This document shows, piece after piece, positions 25,734 through 36,657 of a stretch of DNA of 64,000 nt. The stretch's first letter is position 1. Every line of letters begins with the position of its first letter. The stretch spans positions 1 to 64,000 of the IMG/VR virus record IMGVR_UViG_3300008108_000057; one strand, given 5' to 3'. The position numbers were made by a program, and so were the translations under genes. The notes under the pieces are model-generated. The model worked only from the letters and a program-made list of their open reading frames with translations, had not been told where the DNA came from and made no database searches. This DNA is from a virus.

Positions 25734-26867
25734 ATGGCTCTCTTAAATCAAATTGGTGGAATATCCACAGGTGGGTTAACTGGAGTTCTCAAAGGACCTC
25801 TAGACAGACTTTTTGGTAATAAAAATGTTCCTTTTAATTACAAATACCCTGCAAGTTTAGGTAATGAACCTTCAAGAATGCACATGGTGCAATTCACCAT
25901 ATTTAACATAATTCCTAAACAGTTTGACGTTTTAGGTACTATAGATTCAATAAGCCAAACAAAAAGAGCAGAAGTTGGTGGAAAGGCTCAAGCGGTAGCC
26001 GCAAAAAGTGCTGATGTAGCACAAAACCTACAATCTTACTTAAAACCAGACAGAAAGCAAGTAGCAACAACAATATCATTGTATATGCCCGATACTTTAT
26101 CAATGAACTATCATGCTGAATATAGTGAATTGTCTATTATGGATGCAACTAATAGTATGAATAGAGTTGCTGGAGCCATTGGTTCTTTAGCGGAAGATTT
26201 ACAAAAAGGTGGTGTTGGTGGAGATAATCTTAAAAATAGTATAGCTAAAAATGTTAATGCTTATGGTGCTGAAGCAGCACTCAGAGCAGTAGATGCAACT
26301 ACAGGAATGCAAACAACCACTCTTGGATTAAGAGCAATGGGATTAGCAATCAATCCTCAGCTTCAATTAGTTTATAAAGGTGTGGGATTTAGAACATTTA
26401 GCATGGAGTTTCTTTTCACTCCTAGCACAAAAGAGGAATCAGATCAAGTTTCTGCAATTATAAACTCTTTCATTTATGCAGCAGCACCAACGGTTCAAAC
26501 AGAAACGAACGGTATGTATTTTATTCCACCGTCAATATTCAATCTGAGTTTTAAGGTGGCTGAAACTGGACAATTTTCTAGCTTAACGAATATGTTACAA
26601 AAGGCGGGGAATAGTATTATTCCTGGAGTTCCATTAGGAACTTCATTAGCTAAGAGATTTGGTGCTGCATCTACTGGTGTTGAAAATGACAGACTATACA
26701 AAGTTGGTGATTGCGTATTAGAAGATATCTCAGTAGATTATGCACCAAACGGATGGGCAGCGTATTCTGGTGGTGCACCAGTTCAAACAAGACTAACTCT
26801 GTCATTCAAAGAAATGGATATTCTTGATAGAACTAGAATGAACACTTCAATAGACCAAATGAGATAA
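25734..26867 (+). CDS. gp48: Baseplate tail-tube cap gp48
   Basis: SLYMP, NPQLQLVYKGVGFRTF, CVL..ISVDYAP, LTLSFKE. Confidence 0.85.
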   Translation: MALLNQIGGISTGGLTGVLKGPLDRLFGNKNVPFNYKYPASLGNEPSRMHMVQFTIFNIIPKQFDVLGTIDSISQTKRAEVGGKAQAVAAKSADVAQNLQSYLKPDRKQVATTISLYMPDTLSMNYHAEYSELSIMDATNSMNRVAGAIGSLAEDLQKGGVGGDNLKNSIAKNVNAYGAEAALRAVDATTGMQTTTLGLRAMGLAINPQLQLVYKGVGFRTFSMEFLFTPSTKEESDQVSAIINSFIYAAAPTVQTETNGMYFIPPSIFNLSFKVAETGQFSSLTNMLQKAGNSIIPGVPLGTSLAKRFGAASTGVENDRLYKVGDCVLEDISVDYAPNGWAAYSGGAPVQTRLTLSFKEMDILDRTRMNTSIDQMR

Positions 26868-26871
26868 AGCA

Positions 26872-27507
26872 ATGAAATATTTCAGTAATTTTCCAAAACT
26901 TATTACTTCAGATGGTAAAGGAAATGTTAATCTATCAACAAATCTTTTAGCTAGAGTAAATTTAGTTCCAAGTTTATTAAAGAATCCTGCTCTTTACTAT
27001 AAGTACACTATGCAGGATGGTGATACACCAGAAATCATAGGATCAAAATATTATGATAATCCATACAGATATTGGATATTTTTGTATGGAAATAACGTAA
27101 TGGATCCTCAATGGGATCTTGCTCTATCAAATTTAAATTTTGATGCATATCTTCAAAACAAATATTATGATGCTGCAAACTCCAATAATCAAACAGTTAT
27201 TGCATATACAAAGTCAACTATCAAATATTATAAAAAAGTTGTGCATACATATGATTCTGGTACACAAACAGAAACTACGATGAAGTATAACGTAGATGCA
27301 CAAACATATGCTAATCTTCCTGTCAATCTAGTAACTACAAAATATTTTGATGAATTCAGTTATGTTACTGTGACTGAGACAAGAGAGGCACAAGACATTT
27401 ACGATTATGAACTACAAACAAATGAAGCAAAAAGAGAAGTGAATATTGTTAATAGACTATATGCTGGCCCAATGGAAGAAAGATTAAAATCATTATTGAG
27501 CACATAA
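26872..27507 (+). CDS. gp53: Baseplate wedge gp53
   Basis: YFSNFP, DGDTPE...YYDN..YW, YDYE..NEAKR. Confidence 0.9.
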   Translation: MKYFSNFPKLITSDGKGNVNLSTNLLARVNLVPSLLKNPALYYKYTMQDGDTPEIIGSKYYDNPYRYWIFLYGNNVMDPQWDLALSNLNFDAYLQNKYYDAANSNNQTVIAYTKSTIKYYKKVVHTYDSGTQTETTMKYNVDAQTYANLPVNLVTTKYFDEFSYVTVTETREAQDIYDYELQTNEAKREVNIVNRLYAGPMEERLKSLLST

Positions 27508-27508
27508 T

Positions 27509-28942
27509 ATGACAACAACATTAGTAGACAATACTACAGTTGGAGTAAATAGAGATTACTCCTCAGACAGTACAAAAAGTGGTATCAGAAATGCAAAAGA
27601 TTATAATCTGATAGCTTTAAATGTTTTGTCTGGCCAATTTATTACATTAGACTTGAAACCAATGTTAGTAGAACTATCTTATTTTGAAGATATCTACAGT
27701 AACTCTGTATCTGGTCAAATTTTAATAAGTGATGCTCAAGGTGTGATTGAAAAGATGGGTATGCATGGAAATGAATATATCCGCATGGCTTTTGGTAAAG
27801 ACGAAAATCCTAATATAAGAATCGATAAGATATTCAGAATATACAGTATAAGCAATAGACAGAAAACTACAGGATTTGATACAGAAAACTATGTAATACA
27901 TTTTTGTTCTGATGAATTAGTTTTGTCTGAACAATACAAGATAAGCAAATCATATAACGGTAAGAGTATATCTCAAATTGTAAATGATGTTCTTCTTACC
28001 TATTTAAGAGTACCAGAGAACAAATATGATGCTAGAAACATAGAACAGACAAAAGGTGTCTATAGCATCATAGTTCCAAATTTAAAACCATTTGAAGCTA
28101 TCAATATGGTTTCTTTGTATGCTCAAGCATCAAAGCAAATTGGTGCAGATATGCTTTTCTTTGAAAATGCAAAAGGATATAATTTCGCATCATTACAATC
28201 TTTGTTTCAAAAAGATCCTTATCATACATACGAATATCGTCCAAAGAATATTAGTATGGAAAACTATGATAAAAACATCAATCAAGAAATATTCAATGTT
28301 CTTGGATATGAAATATTGAATTCATTTAACGTAATTGAAGGAATTTCTTCTGGTACCTTTGCAAACAGATTACTTACAATAGATCCACTTCTTCGTAATT
28401 ATAAAGTAACAGATTTCAATTATCTTAAGTATCGTGAAAAATCAAAATCTTTAAATAAAAACCCTGTTGTCAATAATCTAAAAAATAGATTTGGTAGTGC
28501 TTTATATGAAACACCACAAGCTTGTTTCAAATTAGCAGGAACAAACAGTGGTTGGGAAAAAGTAGATTATATCAAAGCTAGACCAGGTTCTGTTACAAAA
28601 GATATATTCGTTGAGACATTCTTCTCACAAAGAAAATCTCAGATAAGTCTTGCTAATTACACCAGAGCAAAATTGTATATTGCTGGAGATCCTAATGTGA
28701 CTGTAGGTTCGACAATCAATTTTGATTTGTTATCACAAGACCCTGCTTCTACTAATGATCCAAAACAATTAGACCCATATTATTCTGGAAAATATCTAGT
28801 GACTGCGGTAAGACACATTATTCAAACTGCTGCATATAATACAATCATTGAAGTTGTAAAAGATAGTTTACCTCAAGCATATCTACAAGTTGATAATGAA
28901 AGACCTATAATTAAAAATACAGTAGCAGGAGTGAAAAAATAA
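27509..28942 (+). CDS. Baseplate hub protein (gp27-like)
   Basis: YFEDI, PNLKPFEAI, FFEN..G.NF, SGKYLVTAVRH; between gp53 and gp5. Confidence 0.7.
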   Translation: MTTTLVDNTTVGVNRDYSSDSTKSGIRNAKDYNLIALNVLSGQFITLDLKPMLVELSYFEDIYSNSVSGQILISDAQGVIEKMGMHGNEYIRMAFGKDENPNIRIDKIFRIYSISNRQKTTGFDTENYVIHFCSDELVLSEQYKISKSYNGKSISQIVNDVLLTYLRVPENKYDARNIEQTKGVYSIIVPNLKPFEAINMVSLYAQASKQIGADMLFFENAKGYNFASLQSLFQKDPYHTYEYRPKNISMENYDKNINQEIFNVLGYEILNSFNVIEGISSGTFANRLLTIDPLLRNYKVTDFNYLKYREKSKSLNKNPVVNNLKNRFGSALYETPQACFKLAGTNSGWEKVDYIKARPGSVTKDIFVETFFSQRKSQISLANYTRAKLYIAGDPNVTVGSTINFDLLSQDPASTNDPKQLDPYYSGKYLVTAVRHIIQTAAYNTIIEVVKDSLPQAYLQVDNERPIIKNTVAGVKK

Positions 28943-30570
28943 TGGATCAAACAACTGTCTTTACAGGAATGAATGGATTTGTTTGGTGGATAGGTGTTGT
29001 TGAAAATAGAAAAGATCCATTAAATGTTGGTCGTTGTCAAATTAGAGTGTTTGGTTGGCACACAGATGATAAGAATTTAATACCTACATCAGATTTACCT
29101 TGGGCCCAGCCAGTTCTTCCTGTAAATAATTCAAAAACATTTACAACTCCGATTGAAGGTGACTGGGTTATAGGATTTTTCTTTGATGGTCCTTTAGGTC
29201 AAGCACCCGTATACTTTGGTGTGTTGCCGGGTATTCCCACACCTTATGTGAATAATCCACAAAAAGGTTTTTCGGATCCAAGAACATCAGCAGAGTTACT
29301 AACTGCTCCTAACACTCCCATAGTTTCAACATTAAGTGATGGGTCAGGAACTGTTGTAAAAAATCAACCAGCAGTAAGAAACCCCAATCCTCTTACAGTT
29401 GGATATCCAAATACAAATCTTTTAGCGATTAATGATCCAAAAAATCCTCCACCTTCTATTGCATCAAGATACTTAGATTCTACTGAAGGTATATCTGGAC
29501 CAGATGCAAAAAGTGTCAATACAGCCATTGCTGGTGCAGCACAAGGTGCGGCTGCTGTTACACAAGGTCTTACTCAAGACTTAAAGAGCTTAGTGCCAAA
29601 TGCAAATTCTTTAGCAAACTCAATACAAGTTCCACCTGGTGGTCTATCAAAGTTATTAGGCCAAAGTCTCGACTTAGGGGCTGGACTTGTTGGGGGTGAT
29701 TCCGCAGCACAGAAAAAAATTCAAGAGGCTAAACAAAAACTAGCACAACAAGATGTTGATAGACAACTTAAAGATGCTTTGAAGGCATCACAAGAAGCAC
29801 AGAAAAAAGCAGCAGCATCATTGAATGAATCTTTAGATTCTTTAGGAGATAAAGCAAGTAAGATAGCAGGAAATATTTCCAATAAAATGTCAAACTTAAG
29901 TCCTGGAAAATTGACAACACAAACACCTGTCATATTAGATGTAGGTGATAAAGCAGCACTTACTGAAACTGGAATATCATTTGAACGAAGTTTGTATAAA
30001 AATACTAAAGATGAAAATTTAATATACGCCGGTAAAGATCCTGTTGTTTGGGATAGAACTAATCGTGAAAGATTGAGAAGAAAATTATCAAGTCTAGATG
30101 CAGCAGGATATCCAAGACCACCAGAAGATCCACCAAAAACTGTAAGTGCCACACCAAAGGCAAACTTGGGTGCAGTCGCACCAGGAACAGCAGTCAATGT
30201 TTATGCCCCCAATAAAATTCCTAATGAAGTTCCATTGGAAAAAGTAGGAAGCACACTAGAAAAGTCTACAGAGAATATGATCATGCTAACTAGTGAATAT
30301 ATCGATAAAGTAGCATCAAACTGCTATAGACTCGTAAACAACATGAATACAAATGTAGATTTACTTAACTTCAATCTTTATTATGAAAGAAGTTTAAAAA
30401 TAATTGCAAAGAAAATTGATCAAGTTGAAGAAGCATTGACTCAAGCTGGGAAAGATATTTCTCCCACAAAAGATTTAGAAAAAAAAGCAGATGGTCTGTT
30501 AGGAACTCAATCAGAGTTACAAAAATTGTATACTATTAAACGTAATGAATTAAAAACACAAGGATCATAA
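28942..30570 (+). CDS. gp5: gp5 N-terminal part (OB-fold) with long helical extension
   Basis: WWIGVVENRKDPLNVGRCQIRVFGWH, LPWA, GDWVIGFFFDG. Confidence 0.85.
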   Translation: MDQTTVFTGMNGFVWWIGVVENRKDPLNVGRCQIRVFGWHTDDKNLIPTSDLPWAQPVLPVNNSKTFTTPIEGDWVIGFFFDGPLGQAPVYFGVLPGIPTPYVNNPQKGFSDPRTSAELLTAPNTPIVSTLSDGSGTVVKNQPAVRNPNPLTVGYPNTNLLAINDPKNPPPSIASRYLDSTEGISGPDAKSVNTAIAGAAQGAAAVTQGLTQDLKSLVPNANSLANSIQVPPGGLSKLLGQSLDLGAGLVGGDSAAQKKIQEAKQKLAQQDVDRQLKDALKASQEAQKKAAASLNESLDSLGDKASKIAGNISNKMSNLSPGKLTTQTPVILDVGDKAALTETGISFERSLYKNTKDENLIYAGKDPVVWDRTNRERLRRKLSSLDAAGYPRPPEDPPKTVSATPKANLGAVAPGTAVNVYAPNKIPNEVPLEKVGSTLEKSTENMIMLTSEYIDKVASNCYRLVNNMNTNVDLLNFNLYYERSLKIIAKKIDQVEEALTQAGKDISPTKDLEKKADGLLGTQSELQKLYTIKRNELKTQGS

Positions 30571-30571
30571 A

Positions 30572-31333
30572 ATGGCGACAGAAGCAGATTTGGAAAAAGC
30601 AATAGATCAATCTGTTGCACAAACAAAAGCACTTGGTGAAATTCAACAAAATAAACCAAAGTATGAGCAAAAAGGCGATCAGCTTGAGGCCGTGGTAAAC
30701 CCAAACAATTCGTATGGTGAACCAAAAACTCCTTATGATTCAAAGTATCCATATAATCATTCTATAACATCCGAATCTGGTCACTCTATTGAACTAGATG
30801 ATACACCAGGTGCTGAAAGAGTAGCAATAACGCATAGATCAGGAACATTCTCAGAAATTCATCCAGATGGATCAAAAGTTGAGAAAATTTTCAATGATAA
30901 TGTACAGATTATTGTAAAAGATAATCAGGTGTATATTATGGGTAATGAACAAAAATCTACTCAAGGAAGTCTAAAATTATACATTAAAGGAAACGTGAAA
31001 GCACAAGTAGACGGTTCTGTAGAATTGGAGGTCAAAGGTAATTTTGCCATGAAAGTTGATGGTACGTTTAGTGCCATAGCAGATTCATTTAATTTTGTTG
31101 GTCCTATCAATCAAGTAGGAGATTTTGCTTCTACGGGGAATATCATTAACCAAGGTAATATTTCATCCGATAAAAATATTCAAGCAGAACTTGACTTTGT
31201 TGGACACAGAAATGTTATTGTAGATGGTTATGGAGATTATGGTGGAGATGTTACTGCCGGACCAGTAAGTTTACAGAATCATGTTCATATAAACGGTGGA
31301 GGAATAGGAAACAGCGGTCCACCTGCACAATAA
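30572..31333 (+). CDS. gp5 C-terminal part (beta-helix spike with HxH apex)
   Basis: YPYNH..SESGH..E.DDTPGAER...HRSGT; V.G repeats; SLQNHVH. Confidence 0.85.
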   Translation: MATEADLEKAIDQSVAQTKALGEIQQNKPKYEQKGDQLEAVVNPNNSYGEPKTPYDSKYPYNHSITSESGHSIELDDTPGAERVAITHRSGTFSEIHPDGSKVEKIFNDNVQIIVKDNQVYIMGNEQKSTQGSLKLYIKGNVKAQVDGSVELEVKGNFAMKVDGTFSAIADSFNFVGPINQVGDFASTGNIINQGNISSDKNIQAELDFVGHRNVIVDGYGDYGGDVTAGPVSLQNHVHINGGGIGNSGPPAQ

Positions 31334-31349
31334 CTATAATAAATAGAAG

Positions 31350-31745
31350 ATGGCTACCACACTACAAAAAATATATTCAGATTTGGATTTAACATTTGCA
31401 ATGAATCCTATAACCAAAGACGTTTCTTTGAGTTATGATGACACCGCAGTGATTCGTTCAGTCCGAAATCTACTGTTAACAAACTTTTATGAAAGACCAT
31501 TTCAGCCAGATTTAGGCTCAAATGTTAATGGTTATTTGTTTGAGCCAACAACAGTAATAACAGCTTCGGCACTAGAAACAGAAATAAAAAATACCATTTT
31601 AAATTATGAACCAAGAGTCAATTTAATTGATGTTAATGTGTTGTCGTTAGATGATCAGAATGCATTTTTTGTTGAACTACAATTCTTTGTTGGAAATAAC
31701 ACATTACCGTCATCTATTAATCTACTTCTTGAGAGGTCAAGATAA
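31350..31745 (+). CDS. gp25: Baseplate wedge gp25
   Basis: YSDLDL, SVRNLLLT..YERPFQP, YEPRV. Confidence 0.93.
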   Translation: MATTLQKIYSDLDLTFAMNPITKDVSLSYDDTAVIRSVRNLLLTNFYERPFQPDLGSNVNGYLFEPTTVITASALETEIKNTILNYEPRVNLIDVNVLSLDDQNAFFVELQFFVGNNTLPSSINLLLERSR

Positions 31746-33820
31746 TGGCAACAGCCAACTCAAGTATACAATTTGCAGATTTAGATTTTGCAGATATTAA
31801 ATCAAGTTTAATTACTTTCTTAAAGAGTCAAGATACATTTAAAGACTATAACTTTTCAGGTTCGGGTCTTTCTGTTCTATTAGATATTCTTGCGTACAAT
31901 ACACAATATAATGCATACTATCTGAATATGGTAGGAAACGAAATGTTTCTTGATACTGCACTACAGAGAAGTTCTGTTGTATCACAAGCAAAAGTTCTGA
32001 ATTACACCCCAAAATCTACGATTGCACCAGCCGCAACTATCAATTTGACATCGTATGGTGTTACGACAAGTTTATTGACTCTTCCAAAGTTTACGCAGTT
32101 TATCTCAGAAGCAATTGATGGTGTCAACTATATTTTTGTAAATGATGATTCATATACAGTTTCGGTTGTTTCAGGTGAAGCAAACTTTACTGATGTGACA
32201 TTAAAACAAGGAACTCCTGTAGACTATTCTTTTGTTGTTGACACCACATCAAATCCTGAATTGCTATTTGAAATTCCAGATGAAACGATAGATACAACAA
32301 CATTAAAAGTTACAGTAGAAGATTCCGGAACAAACTCATTTAGCACAATATATACGCAGGCAAGTGATGTATTATTACTAGACGGAACAAGCACAGTATA
32401 TTTCCTACAAGAAGGATTGAACGGAAATTATGAAATATACTTTGGTGATAATATCATAGGTAAGAAGTTAATTGATGGAAATATTGTTCGTCTAAGTTAT
32501 CTTTCAACCAACGGAACCGCAGCCGCTGGTGCTAATAGTTTCATTTTGCTTGATTCTCTCACAGGGTTTTCTAATACTTCTATATTTTCAATTACACCAG
32601 CAACAAATGGTGGAGAAAAAGAAAGTATTGATTCTATCAAGTTTCAAGCACCAAAGTCATACGCTGCACAAAATCGTGCAGTATCAAAAAATGATTATAT
32701 CACATTAATTCAACAGAATCAATTAGGATATGCTTTTGATGCTGTTAATGTTTGGGGAGGACAAGAAAATGATCCTCCTGTATATGGACAAGTATTTGTG
32801 TCAATTAAGCCTGTCGGTGCGTTTACATTTACCGATACGCAAAAAGAAAGAATTATAAAGGATGTAATTGAGCCAATTTCTATTTTAACTGTCGATCCTG
32901 TTTTGGTTGACCCAGATTATACTTATTTAAATATAACAGCAAATGCTCTTTATGATCCAAGAAAAACAAACTTAACAGCAGCACAAATTAAAGATAAAAT
33001 AAAAACTGCAATAGTAAGTGTAACCAACGATACACTAGATACTTTCAACTCAACATTCTTAGCTACTGATGTAAATGATGCGATTAAATCTTCAGATCCT
33101 TCTATCATAACAAATGAGTTGTCGCTAAGAGTTCAGAAAAAGTTTTATCCTACACTAACAGTTCCTACAAGTTATAAATTGTTTTTTGGCACAAAACTTC
33201 AAAAAGGAATGTTCCAAAGTGGGGTAACAAGTTTTCCAGCAATGGATTTTAGAGATCCAGAAAATGTTTCAAACATATTGAATAACGTTTATGTTGAAGA
33301 AACTCCATCTTCTACTGGTGGTGTTGAATCTATCTCTATTTTAAATCCTGGTATTAATTATCAAAGAGCACCTAAAGTTACTATCAATGGTGATGGTTCT
33401 GGAGCAACAGCAATTTCAGAAATTAATCCTAACGGTACAATCAAGACAATACGCATAACTGCAAAAGGAAATAATTACACTAGTGCTACTGTAGTTATAA
33501 CTCCTACTGAAGGAGACACCACAGGAGCTTTAGGTGTTGGTGTAGCAAATATTGAAGGAAGATATGGTACATTACAAACATACTATTATAACTCAAACGG
33601 CGTAAAGGTTATAATAGGAACAGTAGGAACTATTGACTATGAAACAGGAATAATAGATTTAAATGCATTTGCTCCTATTGGTGTGACAAATGATTTAGGA
33701 CAACTCACCATCAGTGCTACTCCAGTTTCTACAATTATTTCATCATCATATAATAGAATAATCACGGTGGATCCTTTTGATCCAAATGCTATTACCGTAA
33801 ATTTAACAGCTAAGTCATAA
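31745..33820 (+). CDS. gp6: Baseplate wedge gp6
   Basis: LDF..IK, DYNFSGSGLSVLLDILAYNT, QNRAVS..DY, VWGG. Confidence 0.95.
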   Translation: MATANSSIQFADLDFADIKSSLITFLKSQDTFKDYNFSGSGLSVLLDILAYNTQYNAYYLNMVGNEMFLDTALQRSSVVSQAKVLNYTPKSTIAPAATINLTSYGVTTSLLTLPKFTQFISEAIDGVNYIFVNDDSYTVSVVSGEANFTDVTLKQGTPVDYSFVVDTTSNPELLFEIPDETIDTTTLKVTVEDSGTNSFSTIYTQASDVLLLDGTSTVYFLQEGLNGNYEIYFGDNIIGKKLIDGNIVRLSYLSTNGTAAAGANSFILLDSLTGFSNTSIFSITPATNGGEKESIDSIKFQAPKSYAAQNRAVSKNDYITLIQQNQLGYAFDAVNVWGGQENDPPVYGQVFVSIKPVGAFTFTDTQKERIIKDVIEPISILTVDPVLVDPDYTYLNITANALYDPRKTNLTAAQIKDKIKTAIVSVTNDTLDTFNSTFLATDVNDAIKSSDPSIITNELSLRVQKKFYPTLTVPTSYKLFFGTKLQKGMFQSGVTSFPAMDFRDPENVSNILNNVYVEETPSSTGGVESISILNPGINYQRAPKVTINGDGSGATAISEINPNGTIKTIRITAKGNNYTSATVVITPTEGDTTGALGVGVANIEGRYGTLQTYYYNSNGVKVIIGTVGTIDYETGIIDLNAFAPIGVTNDLGQLTISATPVSTIISSSYNRIITVDPFDPNAITVNLTAKS

Positions 33821-33822
33821 TA

Positions 33823-36654
33823 ATGGCAACAGATAAAAAGACCTCGATATTAATACCATCGCAGCTCCCTGAGTTCATCAGGGACAATCCTGACTATTCT
33901 AAATTTGTTGAGTTTCTTAAAGCATACTATGAATGGATGGAACAGAACGGTCAAGCTTTGGATCGTTCAAAAAATCTATTGAGCTATAAAGATGTTGATG
34001 AAACGACAAATGAATTTATTGATTATTTTGTTAATGATTTTCTTCCGTATTTTCCAGAAGATGCATTAATAGACAAAAGAAAAGCAATAAAAATTGCTCG
34101 TCAATTATATAAAGCAAAAGGAACACCAGCATCGTATAGTTTTCTATTCAGAGTTCTCTATGATTCTGATTTTGAATATTTCAATACATATGATTCTGTT
34201 CTTAAAGCATCTGATGGTGCTTGGTATGTTGCGAAAAGTGTTCGTTTAGCTTCTGATGATCCAAACTTTCTTGGCACAAAAAATCTTAGATTATTTGGTG
34301 AAACATCAAAAACAATCGCTACAATTGAAAATGCTGTACTAGCAAATACAAGAACAGAAATTTATATATCAAATATCTCCAGACTCTTTCAGTCAGGAGA
34401 GTTTGCAAAAATTGTTGATGCGTTCAATCAACCAGTATTGTTTAATGGTGAAGTGCTTCGTGCTAAAATCATTGGACAAATTGGTCAAATAAGAATCAAT
34501 CCAAATTTTAGAGGACAGTTATATAAAGTTGGAGATCCTGTTGTTTTTGTTGGTGGATTAAATTCAAATACTGGAATCGGAGCAACAGCAACAGTTGGTT
34601 CTGTAACACTAGGAGCAATACAAAGAATTAGTGTACTAGATGGTGGATATGGTTATAATGCAAATGGTAATACAGACATCATTTTAACAAATGCTGAAGG
34701 AGCAGCAGCAGAACCAGCAGGATTTGATCCTGCACAAAAAACTTTAGCTAATGTACGTTTAATTATTCCTACTAGCATTACTTTTTCTGCTAATGTACCT
34801 ATAGGAAACGCAGTATATTCATTCATCAGCGTAAATTCTACTGCTAATGCTAATACAACTATAGCAAATGCATTTTCAAACACAGTATCATTTTTAGCTT
34901 ATCCTATAAGTTCTGTTTCTGTTCTAAATGGTGGTGGAGGAATTAGTGCAGAAAATCAAATTGGTGTAGCAGCTATATCAACATACCCAACAAACTATAC
35001 TTCTGCACCTGGAAATTTAGGTGCATTAGGAATATTAGGTCCTATACAAATAGCACATGGTGGCACGGGTTATGTTATCAATGATGTTATTACCATTACA
35101 GGAGGTTCTGGTTATGGTGCATTTGCAAATGTAACCAACGTAGCTGCAAATGGACAAATTACTTCAGTAGATTATGTTTCTGCTGACGGTAACTATCCTT
35201 ATGGTGGAATGGGTTATAGTCTTGAAGCGTTACCTACACTTAACGTGGTATCAACTGGAGGAACTAGTGCTAACTTGTATGTTGATGGTATTTTAGGTAG
35301 AGGAGCTGATTTCGGATTAACAACTGATCGTATTGGAGCAATCACTACAATCAATACGATTAATCCAGGAGAAGATTATGTTTCTGCACCATCACTTTCT
35401 TTAAGAGTGCAAGACATTATCGTTTCAAATGTAGATTTAAATCTAATAGTTCAAACAGGAAATACAATTTTTCAAGGAGCTAATATAAACGTTGCAACTT
35501 ATGTTGCTCGTATTGATTCTTTTAGCATACTTGAACCTAATTTAAATGAAGAACTATCAAAATTTAGAGTTAGAGTATATAATTATAGCACAACACCAAA
35601 TCCTGCTTTACAATTAAAAATATCAAATCAGGACATGGTCTTAAATATTGATAATAATAATTATCCAGCAAATTATTTCTTTGCTGGAAGTCCTCAATTT
35701 ACAAGTGGAATTAGAACGTATGGTGATGGAACAGCAAAAGCAGATGCTTCATTCCTAAATGGATTAACATTCAGTCAAGGACAATACCTAGATACTAGAG
35801 GTCAGCCAAGTGCATTTAGTATTCTACAAGATGAAGATCATAATCAATTTACGTATCAAATCACTGTAGAAAAAGAAATAGCGAAATACAGAGAAACTTT
35901 ACTTAACTTGCTTCACCCGTCTGGAACTAAACTTCGTGGAAGATATGCACTCAAGTCTAATAACGAACTTGATTTGGATACAACTACATCAGCGTTCCAA
36001 GCAAAAACTTTATATTTCTACACACAAGTAGCGGCCGCTAATGCTGCAATCAGAACAGATTTTGCAAATTTAAGCAGTAATACAATTAGCTTCTATAATT
36101 TGGGTAGCGGAGTCAACATTGCAGACTTCATTTTTGCAAACAGCACGATATCATTGTCACCAACAAATGGACCAAATGTTCACTCTGAAATTACTTCAAT
36201 TAATCCAGCAACGAACACCATTACCATAGCAGCAAATACGTGGTTGACATTCCCAAATGTAGCGAATATTTCTGCGGTTTCTTCATGCACCACAATAAAT
36301 ATAGTATCACTAACTGGCACTTACAATATCATTAATAATGGTATTTACAGCAATACTGCGTATCCTTTAAAAGACATTGTATATGTAGGAGATCAGGTAA
36401 GAGTAAACGGTGCCATAAGAACAGTTTCATCTATAAACTACGAAACTGGTAATATTGTTCTTTCTTCTGCGGTCACAGCAAACGCTGGTGCAAATCTAAG
36501 TGTGTTGAGAACTTTCTCTGCTGGTGGAACTCTTGGAAATCAAGGCCAAGTAGTTATCTATGGACCAATAGGAGTACAATATAATCCAGAACTCATTACT
36601 GAATCTGGACAAACAATTACAACGGAAGACGATAGAATCATCTTATTAGGATAA
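33823..36654 (+). CDS. gp7: Baseplate wedge initiator gp7-like
   Basis: QLPEFIR..F.EFLKAYYEW, Y.AKGT..S, LLHPSG. Confidence 0.8.
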   Translation: MATDKKTSILIPSQLPEFIRDNPDYSKFVEFLKAYYEWMEQNGQALDRSKNLLSYKDVDETTNEFIDYFVNDFLPYFPEDALIDKRKAIKIARQLYKAKGTPASYSFLFRVLYDSDFEYFNTYDSVLKASDGAWYVAKSVRLASDDPNFLGTKNLRLFGETSKTIATIENAVLANTRTEIYISNISRLFQSGEFAKIVDAFNQPVLFNGEVLRAKIIGQIGQIRINPNFRGQLYKVGDPVVFVGGLNSNTGIGATATVGSVTLGAIQRISVLDGGYGYNANGNTDIILTNAEGAAAEPAGFDPAQKTLANVRLIIPTSITFSANVPIGNAVYSFISVNSTANANTTIANAFSNTVSFLAYPISSVSVLNGGGGISAENQIGVAAISTYPTNYTSAPGNLGALGILGPIQIAHGGTGYVINDVITITGGSGYGAFANVTNVAANGQITSVDYVSADGNYPYGGMGYSLEALPTLNVVSTGGTSANLYVDGILGRGADFGLTTDRIGAITTINTINPGEDYVSAPSLSLRVQDIIVSNVDLNLIVQTGNTIFQGANINVATYVARIDSFSILEPNLNEELSKFRVRVYNYSTTPNPALQLKISNQDMVLNIDNNNYPANYFFAGSPQFTSGIRTYGDGTAKADASFLNGLTFSQGQYLDTRGQPSAFSILQDEDHNQFTYQITVEKEIAKYRETLLNLLHPSGTKLRGRYALKSNNELDLDTTTSAFQAKTLYFYTQVAAANAAIRTDFANLSSNTISFYNLGSGVNIADFIFANSTISLSPTNGPNVHSEITSINPATNTITIAANTWLTFPNVANISAVSSCTTINIVSLTGTYNIINNGIYSNTAYPLKDIVYVGDQVRVNGAIRTVSSINYETGNIVLSSAVTANAGANLSVLRTFSAGGTLGNQGQVVIYGPIGVQYNPELITESGQTITTEDDRIILLG

Positions 36655-36657
36655 AAC

